A stretch of DNA of 64,000 nt, taken from NCBI GenBank assembly GCA_951406725.2, contig OX597828.1, positions 77,500,001-77,564,000 on the forward strand. Reading direction: 5' to 3'. Below the pieces are notes generated by a model. The model saw nothing but the letters and a program-made list of their open reading frames with translations, did no database searches and was not told the origin of the DNA. Both the position numbers and the translations under genes were made by a program. Source of the DNA: Octopus vulgaris. Its lineage: Eukaryota. Positions 1 to 13,247 of this stretch are shown piece by piece (positions within the stretch are counted from its first letter, which is position 1; each line of letters starts with the position of its first letter).

Positions 1-1530
1 TCTTTTCATTGTTTTAAAGACAAATTTTAAAACTTCATCTTCTGAAAATAGATCTTAGATGGCAATTTACAACTGATGAGAAACTTCCTAAAGAAAGTAA
101 AATGAATGCGTTTTATTACTGGGAGTAAATTTCTGAAAACAGAATTAACTGTTAATGAAAGAAGGATGAAAAGATAAAGGAACTAAACCGAGGGAGTAGC
201 TGTGATTGTTAGTTAAATTGGGTAATTACCGAGCTGTTAATTTTATCAAATTCATTATCGGGCCGACACTTTACATTAGATCTGAATAACTTTAGCTACT
301 GCGCACACAGAAAATCGACTGAAAAATACAATGTAGTCAAATTCTCTAATCACCCGAAGGAAATTACAGACAGTTTAGTCTGCAGTATTTCACTCAGAAT
401 ATCCAGTCTATCTACTTATGAAACGTTTTTTAAAGAACATTCAAATAATAAAGCTATAAACACTATACAGTAAAAATAAATTGTGTTCATTCACCCAACA
501 GCAAATGGAACAAGAGAAATGTTTGCCCCTTCTTGGAAAATGTCTAACTGCACCACATACAGACCCTGTCATTTTACCACTTCTGCCTCCTCAACCCTTT
601 TCCTCTGTAATCTACAGCTTCTTCCTTCATTCTGTGCATTAATGCCTCATTTTCACGTATTTCACGTATCGGATTAACGGAAAACTCTTTCGAAAGTTGA
701 TTTAACTAACATACACACACCTTTAATAACCCAAATAAAAAAGAACAGCACCCCTGCATCTGCATACGTATGATTATTAAAAGCATCATCCAAAATCCCA
801 TACAATATCTTTTGAGAAATCAAAACTTACAAATTCAGCAAAACAACCCAATCCAAAGATTGGGTCATTGGTTCTTGCGAAATTTTAGTCGCTGACCGAA
901 ACCTATAAAATAAACATTCTGAAATCATTCCCTCGTGTCAATACAGAAGTTACAAAGATTTGAAACCCTTACAATTCGCAAACAGATAACCCACGGGATT
1001 CACAAATCAGTAGCGTCATTCTCTTTTTAATAACTCACTTATTGGTTAATTACCAGGGTGTTAGTTTTATCGATTTTAATATCGGGTCTATACTTCATAG
1101 TGATTCCCAGTACATATAAGAATTTACCTGATTTTTGAAAATATTAATTTATATTTATCTTATTTATATCTTTGTTTTTTTATAGATTATGTATTCACCT
1201 TTATTTAGGAATTATCCGAAAATATGGAAGTCCTCTTATTCCTTTTTTTATAAGTCGAGCATCGCTTCCATTTTGTATTGGTTTATGTACATGTATCGTT
1301 TCATATGTATGTGCATGCGGGTGTGGTTAGGCTCATTTTTATATGTATATATGTATATGTAATGCCTGCGCATATGTTTATATGCGTACATATGTGAGCG
1401 TATATGCAAAAATGTGCGCATGCATTTATGTGCATATAAACTGATACAGATTTATTTATTCATGTTTATGTCTGTATGTACGCTTGCGCATATAACGATA
1501 TTATATCTGTAGTTCTTCCAAACCCCCCCC

Positions 1531-1589
<59 letters not shown>

Positions 1590-1593
<4 letters not shown>

Positions 1594-1955
1594 TACATAC
1601 ACACGTCCAGACCTCTTATACGCACTACATACTCTCTCATACTCACACACACCCTTTGTTGGGGCGTTGGTCATTTGACCCTGTTATCTCCCCTATTTTC
1701 GCTCTTGCGTCTCACGTTTGATCTTTGACTTCTGGCCGGAATCAGATCGCCATGTTGATTCGCTAGCCTCTGCACGCATTTTTTTCTCTCCGTCTTTCTT
1801 TCTGTGTTTCTTTTCTGTGTATCTTTCTGTTGAAGAACGTAGGCTCGAAACGTAAAAGACTTGTTTTATTTATATTCCTGAGCGCCATACTAATACAATT
1901 GTTTGTTTGTATTCCACCTGCCTTCATCTTTTGTTTATTTTCATAAAGCTTCGCG

Positions 1956-1958
<3 letters not shown>
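1590..1958 (+). mobile_element. Penelope-like (PLE) 3' end / pseudo-LTR remnant with hammerhead motif, flanked by (TA)n
   Basis: Colinear with the reverse complement of 42361-42750 (shared cacacgtccagacc, gaccctgttatctcccct, atcagaNcgccatgttg, cctgagcgccatactaatacaattg). Contains a hammerhead-like motif at 1822-1859. The PLE assignment is inference from architecture. Confidence 0.65.
1822..1859 (+). ncRNA. Type I minimal hammerhead-like motif (CUGUUGA core variant)
   Basis: tcttt-ctgttga-a-gaac gtag gctc-gaaac-gta-aaaga. Stem I tcttt/aaaga; stem II has one mismatch versus the family form gagc/gctc; stem III is the palindrome ACGU. Confidence 0.55.
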
Positions 1959-2013
<55 letters not shown>

Positions 2014-2705
2014 GCAGAGAGAGGGGGGGAGATGCCTTTTTCCTCATATGTAATCAGCATATTATCTTTATTACCTTGTACATTAACATATTTTATTATA
2101 ATTCCATCCGGTATATGTTAAATAGAAACGAGAAGGGCACGTGCATACTTCTGCTTATTTTCTCAATGTTAAATTCAGCAGAGACAATATATTATCATAG
2201 ATAATACATTAGTTCTTACATTACATTTTAATGTACCTATGTATACGCCAAGAAGTGTGTTACATACAGGTTTATACGAAATGGAAGTATTTAATATATA
2301 ATTCTTATCATAAAGTACATTTCTCGAGAAGCTGCAGATTCAATTTTAAATCTCTTCGTTAATTAAACATCAGGTCTTCTGAAAGTCCTCATAAATAACT
2401 TAATGCAAACACACAAACATATATATATACATACATAGACACACATTCACACATACATACGGATGCAAAAGCTCATGCACACACGTATTAGTTTACAAGC
2501 AAACACAAGGTAAACCGATAGATATATCCTGGTGTTCGTAGACCATCGTAAGAGAAAACAATAGTTGTATTCTGACTACAATCATACTAGCATTTTAAAA
2601 GTACAGTGTATATAAGCTTGAATACAACCACAAAGACACGCATACACACACGCACGCACATACATACATTCATACACGCACACAACGCACACAAACACAT
2701 TTCGT

Positions 2706-2871
2706 AGGCGTGACGGTGTGGTAGGAAACTAGCTTTTCGACAACATAGTTCTGAGTTCCGTCCTATTGCAGGGCACCTTGAGCACGTACTTTCTGCTATA
2801 ATGCCTTGCGAGTGAATTCGGTAGATGTAAACTGAAAGAAGCCTTCTATGTGTGTGTGTGTGTGTGTGTGT

Positions 2872-2953
<82 letters not shown>

Positions 2954-3545
2954 ATCTATGAGTGTATTACTTTGGATTTGTCCCTCACTAGCGTTTGACA
3001 ACCGGTGGTGGTTAGTTTACGTCCCCGCAACTTAGCGCTATCAAGCTTTAAAACATAAGTTATGGGGTGGAATTGTTCAACTGAGAGCCCTCAAAGTGGT
3101 GCCGCAGCATGTTCGCTGTCCAATGAGGGAAACATGAAAAAATGTCTACGGGTGTGGCTGTGTAGTAAGAAGCTTGCTACCCAACCACTCGGCTCCGGGT
3201 GTCAGGCCCACTGCGTGGCACATTCGACTCGAGTCAACCAAAGCCTATTGAGTGGAAGTGGTAGTCGGAAACTTACCAACCACATGGTTCCGGGTTCAGT
3301 TCCACTGGTGGCACCTTGGGCAAGTGTCTTCTGGGCTGACCAAAGCCTTCAACTTGATTTGGTAGACGGAAACTGAAAGAAGCCCCTTGTACATATGTGT
3401 GTGTGCGAGTGTGTGCGTGTGTCTGTGCTTATCCCCACCATCGCTTCGCAACCGATGTTGGTGCATTTACGTCCCTGTAACTTAGCGATTCAGCCTTGGA
3501 GACCGATAGAATAAGTACTAGGCTTACAAAAAATAAGTCCTGGGA
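2706..3545 (+). mobile_element. Two adjacent tRNA-derived SINE copies (family with internal (TG)n and accttgggcaagt core)
   Basis: Heads ggtgtggtagg...gagttc and ggctgtgtagtaagaagc...gggttcag; shared gtagacggaaactgaaagaagcc block; homologous to 5545-5838 and 31240-31597. Confidence 0.75.
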
Positions 3546-3567
3546 TACAAGGCCTCAAATTTGCGTA

Positions 3568-3830
3568 ACTTATTTAATCGACCCCGAAAGGATGAAGGGC
3601 AAAGTCCATTCCAGCGGAATTTGGACACAGAGGGGATAAACAAGGACAGACAAACGGATTAAGTCGATTACATCGACCCCAGTACGTAACTGGTATTATT
3701 TAATCGACCCTGAAAGGATGAAAAGCAAAGTCGACCTCGGCGGAATTTGAACTCGGAACGTAACGGCAGACGAAATACTGCTCAGCATTTTCGCCCTGCG
3801 TGCTAACGTTTCTACCAACTCGCCGCCTTC
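3568..3830 (-). mobile_element. tRNA-derived SINE with Meta-like core
   Basis: Reverse complement reads aaggcggcgagttggtagaaacgttagcacg...gagttcaaattccgccgaggtcgactttgcttttcatcctttc; same family as 36443-36663 and 45921-46598. Confidence 0.8.
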
Positions 3831-3896
3831 CCGTATAATATATTCTATACAGATTCTCAAGCACACATACACAGAAAGTTAGATAGATAGACAGAC

Positions 3897-3977
<81 letters not shown>

Positions 3978-4027
3978 CATACATACATACATACATACAT
4001 ACATACATACATACATACATACATACA

Positions 4028-4061
<34 letters not shown>

Positions 4062-4732
4062 GACTTGTATAAGGCGTGTTAATATATTAGGCGTGAGGTG
4101 GGTGCGCCCGCGCGGGTTTGTGTAATTCTTTCTTTAATGCAAACTTTTTATTGCTTCTTTCCAGACATGATTTTATAAATGTCTCTTATTTGTAGGTATG
4201 CAATAAGTCATTATGTATCGTTTGTAACTCTCTGTCGTCACAGACATTCGTCGTTTGCGGTTGATTGTCATTCGCTCTCGTTTGTCATTTTTAACGCTTG
4301 TCGTTTTAAACACTTGTCTAAAATCACGTGACTGCCGATCAGCTGCAGCTGTTTGTCATTCGGAGATGCGTCATTCGTTGATAGGTTATTTGTAGCCATT
4401 TGTCATTTGCTACAAGCATGTGTGTCATTAGGCATCCGGCATTGCTGAACCTACATACATCAAGTTAGAATTTATCTTCCGTTAGATCGAACACTATATT
4501 TCAGGTTTATATGTTTAAGTGGAATTGAAAGTGGATATAGGATTCGAAAAACGTGCAAAGCCGAAGGGCAGTCACTCCATCAAAACGTACATTCCCACTT
4601 TACCACGCACACACACACGAAACCCAGAAACGAACGTTCGAATCTGTACATATGTGATCGTCTAATTTTCTAGATATAACAACCAAATCTCCCCAAAACA
4701 GCCTAGTGACTTTATAAGAGCAAAAGATTATA

Positions 4733-4900
4733 TTGGTTTGAAATTTTGGCACAGAGTCAATAATTTTTAGGGGATCCCAATTTTCAACTGATACTTTGTT
4801 TTATCGACCCCGAAAGGATGAAAGGCAATGTTGACCTCGGCAGAATTTGAACTGAGAACGTAAAGGTGGACAAAGCAACGCTCGGGATTTTGACCGGCGC
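4733..4900 (-). mobile_element. Degraded Meta-like SINE
   Basis: ttatcgaccccgaaaggatgaaaggcaatgttgacctcggcagaatttgaactgagaacg matches the family core. Confidence 0.7.
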
Positions 4901-5304
4901 GGATACTGTAGTGTACTGTCTGAGTAAGGTTTGTTCCAAGAGGACTGTTTAGACAACAAGAATAACAATAACAATAGCTGTAAGAACAACAACAATTGAT
5001 AGATAACTCTTCACTCGAGTCGGAAATGTCAGGAAGAATTCACTCGAAAATAAAATCAATGGAAATGTCTGTAAAAGAAATGTGTTGAGTAAGGTGAATT
5101 GTGGAATATCACTAATTTTCCGGTGAATCAACTTCATCCATCAATGTGATGATGGTCGTTGTTTTGATTGTTGTTGTTGCTATTGTTTGCAGTGGTGATG
5201 GCGGTTGTGGGGGCGGTGAGAGAAGTGACAGCAGAGGCGAAAGCCGCAGCACTGGCGGCTGAGGATTGAAGAAACTTCTATTCTCAAGCGAATCGACTCC
5301 AATG

Positions 5305-5379
<75 letters not shown>

Positions 5380-5398
5380 GTGTGTGTGTGTATACACG

Positions 5399-5456
<58 letters not shown>

Positions 5457-5469
5457 TGTATATGTATGC

Positions 5470-5504
<35 letters not shown>

Positions 5505-5544
5505 CTCTTGTACTTATTCTATCGATCATTTTTTTCTAAACTGC

Positions 5545-5666
5545 TAAGTTACGGGGAGGTAAACATACCAAACCTGGTTGTCAAGAGGTGGATGGGGGAC
5601 AAACAGACACAAGGACACGCGTGCGCACGCACGCACGCACACAAATACACACACACACACACACAC

Positions 5667-5714
<48 letters not shown>

Positions 5715-5838
5715 GACGGGCTTCTTTCAGTTTCTGTCTGCCGAATCCACTCACAAAGCTAGTGTCATGCAATGGAACTGAACCTGGTAACATGTGGTTT
5801 GGAAGCAAGCTTCGTACCACACAGCCAGGCCTGCGCCT
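5545..5838 (-). mobile_element. tRNA-derived SINE (same family as 2706-3545)
   Basis: acgacgggcttctttcagtttctgtctgccgaatccactcacaa...ggaagcaagcttcgtaccacacagcc. Confidence 0.75.
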
Positions 5839-6199
5839 ATGTTTAATTGATGCTCTTAAAAATACATTGTTAATTTCTATCAACTCAACTACATTTAAAC
5901 GATTCTTAATTAAGAATAGCAGCCACAGAACCCAAAACAGTCTTCATTAGACTCGACAGTGAGTGAGTCGTACCAGCTCTTCTTATAACTTTTAGATTTA
6001 TTCATTTCAGTCATTTCAATAGGAATTTCTTTCTATAGAACAGGCTTATTCTGAGATTTCTTTTTATTATTCAACGGTACCAAATTGTATCTTCAACTCT
6101 CAATGGAAATACATATACATACATGTACGTTAGCGTGTGTATATTTGTATATATGTACATACATGTCTGTGTGAGTCTGTAGATATCTTTATAAGTGTG

Positions 6200-6248
<49 letters not shown>

Positions 6249-6249
6249 G

Positions 6250-6304
<55 letters not shown>

Positions 6305-6396
6305 GGATAGATAGATAGATGGATGGATAGATAGATATGTAGATAGACAGACAGACAGACAGACAGACCGACAGGCAGGCAGACAGACAGACAGAC

Positions 6397-6476
<80 letters not shown>

Positions 6477-6879
6477 GATGTTATTTAATTTATATATAAA
6501 TATGTATGTATGCCAAAAACATAATATTAATTGAATGACAAAATTAATGCGGTAAGTAATGCAGACATTCAATTTTCGCTTGCAAAAACCTATAAGTTGC
6601 CAATTATAAAAAAATTACCGCAAGGGAATAAACAAAGTTCATGTGTTTGTCTACAGCTTTCACAATATATGTTGAGAAATGTACGCACGCAGACACCAAT
6701 AATGTACGCACATCATATAATAGATATTTATACACGTACATATACAATAAATGATGGTGCTCAAGCATGGCCAGTGTCCTACGACAGAAACTAGTGGAAC
6801 ACTGCGTGGATATGTGTGTGTGTGCATATATATATAATATGATATAATATATATTATGTATATTTATTTATATTTATAA

Positions 6880-6924
<45 letters not shown>

Positions 6925-7049
6925 AGTATGTACGTGTATAGATATATTGATATAGATATAGACATATATATATATATACAGTATGTGTTATTTAAAACAG
7001 TCTGATTCCATGCACATTATTAATAAAATAGATGGAATGTGTAATACAC

Positions 7050-7108
7050 TTTATTGGGTACAACACATGTTTCGGCCCGTTCTGGGTCTCTTCAGGTAAA
7101 TCAATAAA
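7050..7108 (-). ncRNA. Type I hammerhead motif (canonical CUGAAGA core) in a short TA-flanked element (~6980-7228)
   Basis: Reverse complement: tttattg att tac-ctgaaga-gaccc agaac gggcc-gaaac atgt gtt-gta cc caataaa. Stem I tac/gta is extended by tttattg/caataaa; predicted cleavage GUU. Confidence 0.65.
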
Positions 7109-7227
7109 AAGTCTCACTAGAGATTTCTTGAGTCAGCTTACGTTCCGCTATATGTCCATCAAATTCGAGAATGAATAAAAACAGAAGAATTATTAAGACG
7201 CAAAAAATTCAAATATGATCGTGGAAA

Positions 7228-7261
<34 letters not shown>

Positions 7262-7294
7262 GTACACACACGCATACACACACACACACACCAT

Positions 7295-7375
<81 letters not shown>

Positions 7376-7605
7376 GTCTTTAGGCTACGACAATGGTAAG
7401 CACCGTCTTTTCTTCTTTTTAAGTCTAGCTGGTAGTCATCATAGGTTTATACTTATATTACCTCTACTATGTTACTGGATAAAGATGCAGACGGTGTTTA
7501 TTCGAGCAGTGTAAAACGAAAAGACAATCATAGAGGTAGACACATACTAAGACACACATACACACACATAAATATATACATGCATATATACATATATACA
7601 TACAC

Positions 7606-7651
<46 letters not shown>

Positions 7652-7922
7652 ATAATATTTAATAATGAGGGAGATAAATTAATATTAATTTTAATATCAA
7701 TTTAAAAGCAGTAGTCCAGCATACAAAAATCTGAGAAATCAGAGAAAATTCTAATATATGTGTATATTGGCAGGGCTTACTGCTAGGGAGTCGGCCGTAT
7801 GCTAGAAATAGATCATCAACGATCAAACTACAAAGAAAGTTCTCTAGAGGAAAAATTCAGCGAACACCAGAACCAACTTTGGCGGGCAGGACAGATGAAA
7901 ATTTATATTAAAAACAGAATTA

Positions 7923-7997
7923 AATGCATACCTCGGTTTCAGCCTTAACAAAAGAATTATTTACGTAATTCAAATGTCCGTGCTTCTTCAGTGCATC
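7923..7997 (-). ncRNA. Type I hammerhead motif (inverted copy of 8441-8515)
   Basis: Reverse complement matches the 8441-8515 motif. Confidence 0.75.
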
Positions 7998-8440
7998 CGT
8001 TCATTGTGATGTAAACTGAAAAGCTAACCCCAGCTTTCGTGCCAGTACAGACAGGTGTGTAGCTTTACCGATTACACCAGTGATAAAATTTCAAATGTCT
8101 TGGTTCTGGCGCGCTAATAAATTTCTGAGGCGAAGGGCTGCAGTAAGTAATTCACTGCGGTCGGTGCTTTGTACTATGCTGGACTACTGGTTTTAAATTG
8201 ATATTAAAATTAATATTAATTTATCTCCCTCATTATTAAATATTGAAATAAATACGTTCTCTAGTACAAAGCACCGACCGCAGTGAATTACTTACTGCAG
8301 CCCTTCGCCTCAGAAATTTATTAGCGCGCCAGAACCAAGACATTTGAAATTTTATCACTGGTGTAATCGGTAAAGCTACACACCTGTCTGTACTGGCACG
8401 AAAGCTGGGGTTAGCTTTTCAGTTTACATCACAATGAACG

Positions 8441-8515
8441 GATGCACTGAAGAAGCACGGACATTTGAATTACGTAAATAATTCTTTTGTTAAGGCTGAA
8501 ACCGAGGTATGCATT
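8441..8515 (+). ncRNA. Type I hammerhead motif, CUGAAGA core, long stem II
   Basis: gatgca-ctgaaga-agc...gct-gaaac cgag gta-tgcatt. Stem I gatgca/tgcatt; minimal stem III ACC-GA-GGU; predicted cleavage GUA after 8509. Confidence 0.75.
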
Positions 8516-8791
8516 TAATTCTGTTTTTAATATAAATTTTCATATGTCATGCCCGCCAAAGTTGGTTCTGGTGTTCGCTGTATTTTTCCTCTAGAGAATT
8601 TCCTTGTAGTTTGATCGTTGATGGTCTATTTCTAGCATACGGCCGACTCCCTAGCAGTAAGCCCTGCCAATATACATATATATATATACATATATATAGT
8701 TGGAATTTGCAAAAAAAAAACAAAAGATAAAAGACGGGTGTGCAAAGAACAAACAGATGTGTTAGTTTAACGCTCGGGAAGTGAGAAAGTG

Positions 8792-8825
8792 TTTTACGTT
8801 TCGAGCCTACGCTCTTCGACAGAAT
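8792..8825 (-). ncRNA. Hammerhead-like motif (CUGUCGA core) in a PLE-type remnant (~8697-8890)
   Basis: Reverse complement: att-ctgtcga-a-gagc gtag gctc-gaaac gta-aaa; stem I is weak in this copy. Confidence 0.5.
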
Positions 8826-8935
8826 GGAACACAGAAATAAACAGAGAGAGAAAAATAAAAAAATCTGTAGTGGGTAGCGATCAATCATACGCACACACAC
8901 ACACAGAGGCGCACAGGCGCACGCACACATGTATA

Positions 8936-8967
<32 letters not shown>

Positions 8968-9444
8968 CATACATACATACATACTTACATACATACATAC
9001 ATACATACGTACATACATACATATATACATTTTAAAAAAACCATGATCGGTTGGCGATATTTCGTTGGCAATGGTGGATGTTACGGATCGTCAACGACTG
9101 TCAGTCAAACACCGAATGCCAGACCGAAATAAACATTATTTTAGTAATTATCTCCTGAGTCAAGAATCCATTTAAAGTTCCATTTAGAATCCCCTCAAGA
9201 ACACATTATTCACATATTCAATCGGATAAATCATACAAAGCATCCTCTTTGATATGAACGTGTCCCATCACTACTGACTTAGAATTGCTTAATAAACCCT
9301 TCATTTTAATCATTTTACTTAATCCGAATGAAATAACTCATCCTTAAAGATTAATATGTAACGTATCATGCCCCTTATTTGATCATGCAACACCGGAAAC
9401 TTTGAACGTCATTTCACGAATAATTCAAATATTTCACAAATATT

Positions 9445-9790
9445 GATTTCAAATTTTGACACAAGGCAGCCATTTCAGGGAAGAGGATAAATCGATTATA
9501 TCGACCCCATCGTTCAACTGTGACTTGTTTTATCGATCCCGAAAGGATGAAAGGCAAGGTGTACTATGGTGGAATTTGAAATCAGAACGTAAGGCCGGAC
9601 GAAATGCCGACGTGCTAACGATTCTGCCAGCTCACTGCTTTAAATAATTCACAAATATTGTCGTGACGTGTTGAAGCGCAATCGCCCAGTCGTTAGAGCA
9701 GCGGACTCGCGGTCATAGTATCACGGTTTCAATTCCCAAACCGGGCGTTGTATTTATTGAGCGAAAACACTTAAAGCTCCACGTGAAACA
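9445..9790. mobile_element. Meta-like SINE (9445-9640, -) plus head of a second tRNA-SINE family (9672-9790, +)
   Basis: gaaaggatgaaaggcaa core; gcgcaatcgcccagtcgttagagc...ggtttcaattcccaaaccgggcg head similar to 33855-34112. Confidence 0.6.
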
Positions 9791-10894
9791 CTTAAGGCTC
9801 CACGTAACCGATGGAGAGCCCTAGTAACTGTCGTGAAGTAGAAATAGTTGTATCTCCTGGTAATTATTCAGTATTTCCAGATATGAAACTTCCAGTTTAT
9901 TCACTTACGGGATTTTATCGTGTTATGCGCATATGGGTATGCGATAAATATGCATATATATATATATATATTTCGACAGATATACATGTGCGTGTGTGTG
10001 TGTGTGTGTGTTTGTGTGTGAGCGTGTAATTTTACTGTTTCGACCCCTGGGTCTAATAGGGCCGGTTACCTGGTTACTATATCGTATAAGTAACTGAGAT
10101 CACAACATTTACCCCAAACAGGACGCCTGTCTGTCGCAGGTTATATTTATATATATATAAGATCATGTTTCTTTTTGCCGAATGCAGGGGTGAGAAAGAA
10201 ATACATAGATAATGTACATAAAAATAATGTAAAAAGATAAATGGATCAATAGATAGATAACAGTTTAAAGTTTCATACACACCAACACACATACACATGC
10301 ACGCACGCACGCGCACGCGCGCAGGTATTGCGTGGAATATCAGAACAGACCATATCCGCTTACATTTGTTTCTGTCGGTTCCAATTTGGTGAAGGATATC
10401 GAGGTAAGGGAATAATTTATCTATTACACACTACAATAACAACACCCTCACCACCAACAACACAATAGACAATAACCCTTGACCTAGTTCCCATAATACT
10501 GTAGCCAATCGCTTGGTGCCATTGTGTCTATTATGGATTGACTTTTGAATATTTTTTTACCCCATATAAAATCAATATTCCTTTAATTAAGATCCTGTCT
10601 CTTTTTGCTGAGTTCTTTGAATACAGAAGTGTTACATGAAACCGAATGTTCTTTAAGAATCTATAGACACTTCCTGAAGAGTAAAATTTTGTTATTTCAT
10701 TTTATTTTGTTTTTTATTTTGTTTATTTCGTGGGGTTTTTTTTTCATTTTGATTCGCGGTTGTTTTTTAATCAATTATTTGTCGCATTTATACTTATGTA
10801 TCTATGTATTTATCAATTTATGTATGTATGTATGCATGTATGTATCCATGTATTCATATATATACATATACGCAATATTTACATATATGCTTGT

Positions 10895-10933
<39 letters not shown>

Positions 10934-11027
10934 GTTATGAGCATTTGTAGTATATAATCCTGTATAAAATCAACTAATAGTTGAAAAAGATGTTATATAT
11001 ATGGGGGTGTATGTTTATGTCCGTATG

Positions 11028-11072
<45 letters not shown>

Positions 11073-11599
11073 GCCTGTATTTGTATTTGTATATTGATAA
11101 AATGTGTGAGCAAAAGCAAAGAAGAAATTATGAATGGTGCAGATGTGAGATATGGATGGACGAAAGGATACAAATGTTTTCCTGTTTACACAGATCCAAA
11201 GCCGCGCGACTATTATACCAAAACAAAGTAGAGAGGTGGGGGGATTAACGCCAAATTAAGACAAGGATTGACTCACCCTCTCATAATCTCTCATACACTC
11301 TCTCCTCTCTACCTCTCTTCTTCCTTCTCGCTTTCTCATACATACAGACATACGGAGAAAGGACAAGATAAGTAAAGAGTGTGTAGGTCAATGAGAGAGA
11401 GAGAGAGGGGAGTGCATAGAGAAGGAAGGAGGATAAAACGAGAGAGAAAGACAATGAGTGACAAAGTTTGGGAAAGAGAGAGAGAAAGAAATCGATAAAC
11501 AATATGATTTCAAAGTCAATCAGCAAAAGATCCCACTTAAAGTCTTTGTTCAATGCGAATATAATGGTTTTTCTGATTCAACTTTGACTGAAGTCTTTT

Positions 11600-12325
11600 A
11601 TACAGTATGGTGTCATTTAATCACTTACTATGACTCATATCGTACCACATTACCAATTGTGTGATTCACAGACTGCTGTGTCCGTTTTTATACTGATAGT
11701 GCTATTTTATCGCTATGACTCATAGGCAGCCAGAACACCTAGTACTCAAATACGGTGACTCGTAGACTTGTGTAAGCCTTCTTATATAATCTAATGCTAT
11801 TTTATCGCTGCGACTCATAGGCAGCTAGAACACCTAGTACTCAAATACGGTGACTCACAGACTAGTGTAATTCTTCTTATATACAATAGTGCCAATTTAT
11901 CACTATGACTCACAGACAGCTGGAACTCCTACTGAGTCACTTTATCAATCACAGTGACTCATAACCTAGCATAAACCTTTTTATACAGCATGGTGCCATT
12001 TTATCACTGTGACTCACAGACATCTGGAACTCCTATTTCTCAATCAATGTGACTCGTAGAGAAATGCAACTCTTCTTACTCACAATAGTGCCATTGTATT
12101 ACTGTGGATGAAAGACAGCTGGAACTCTGTTGCGCCACTTTATCAATCACGGTGACTCATAGCCTAATGTAAACCTTATACGGAGTAGTGCTATTTTATC
12201 ACTGTGACTCACAAACAGCTGGCACTCCTAGTAATGTACCGTTTTATCACAGAGACTCAAAGACAAATATAACCCCTGTAATGGTGAATAGTAAGCATTA
12301 TGTCAATTACATTGTGACTCAGATA
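11600..12325. repeat. Degenerate ~95-103-bp minisatellite rich in TGACTCA
   Basis: Unit starts gtgctattttatc/gtgccattttatc recur near 11699, 11794, 11889, 11992, 12088 and 12188; about ten perfect TGACTCA/TGAGTCA sites. Confidence 0.8.
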
Positions 12326-12528
12326 ACAATAACCACCGATGCGGTGCCATTGGGAAAATCATTTTCATTTTATTGCCGACAACGTAGCGTTTCATGCGAA
12401 ATAGATAAGAGAACAAATAGATTTATATCTGAAGCCTGCGTTTTACGTTCTGACGCATGCGCGCGCGCCTCTGCCTATGTGTATCAATGTACATAGATGT
12501 GCATGTATATATGTATGTATGTATATAC

Positions 12529-12573
<45 letters not shown>

Positions 12574-12665
12574 ACATATACATTCCTATATGCGTATATA
12601 TATACACACATATATATATATGCATACACACATACATGCATTCATATATATATACAAATATATAT

Positions 12666-12700
<35 letters not shown>

Positions 12701-12720
12701 CAGACAGACACACATGTATG

Positions 12721-12776
<56 letters not shown>

Positions 12777-13200
12777 ACACACACATATATATATATATAT
12801 TTTAAATTCTTTATATTATATCTATTTTTAATATTCGTGCGATAGGTGAGCAGAATGGCGGAGTGACGAATGAATGTAAAAAGATAGAAAACATCAAACC
12901 TTTGTTATTTTCTTAAAAGGAATCAAATGTTCCTTTTTTTCTTCTTTGTTTGCATGTTTTATATTTTTTATTTTCGTTCTTTTTATATTTTGATGGTTTT
13001 TGTGTTTCTTTTTCTCCATTTCCAATAAAATATGAAATGCCATGCAATATTTTAAATGTGATACATTTTGTGTTGTTATAAGAGGTTGGTGTGCTAAAGA
13101 GGTGTGACAGGGGGAGATAATAACGGGCAAACTATTCCATTCTCTTACAGACATGTATGCATGTTTGCGTGTCGCTGCATGTGTGTCAGTCTGTGCGTGG

Positions 13201-13247
<47 letters not shown>

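Larger units (their letters stand above)
7648..8673. mobile_element. Head-to-head inverted non-coding element (PLE pseudo-LTR/retrozyme-like, ~540-bp monomer), TA-flanked
   Basis: 7762-8174 is the near-perfect reverse complement of 8263-8673, and 7655-7722 of ~8175-8244. Each long arm carries a hammerhead. Confidence 0.8.

Noticed and set aside
1-1050. Possible minus-strand 5'UTR/first exon (aaaacaATGAAAAGA at the window edge; short open frame ~575-706)
   Set aside because: Unique sequence, but no recognisable protein or convincing splice signals; cannot be supported from this window.
5112-5310. Pro/Thr-rich minus-strand frame
   Set aside because: Built from trinucleotide low complexity and a TA tract; no splice or domain support.
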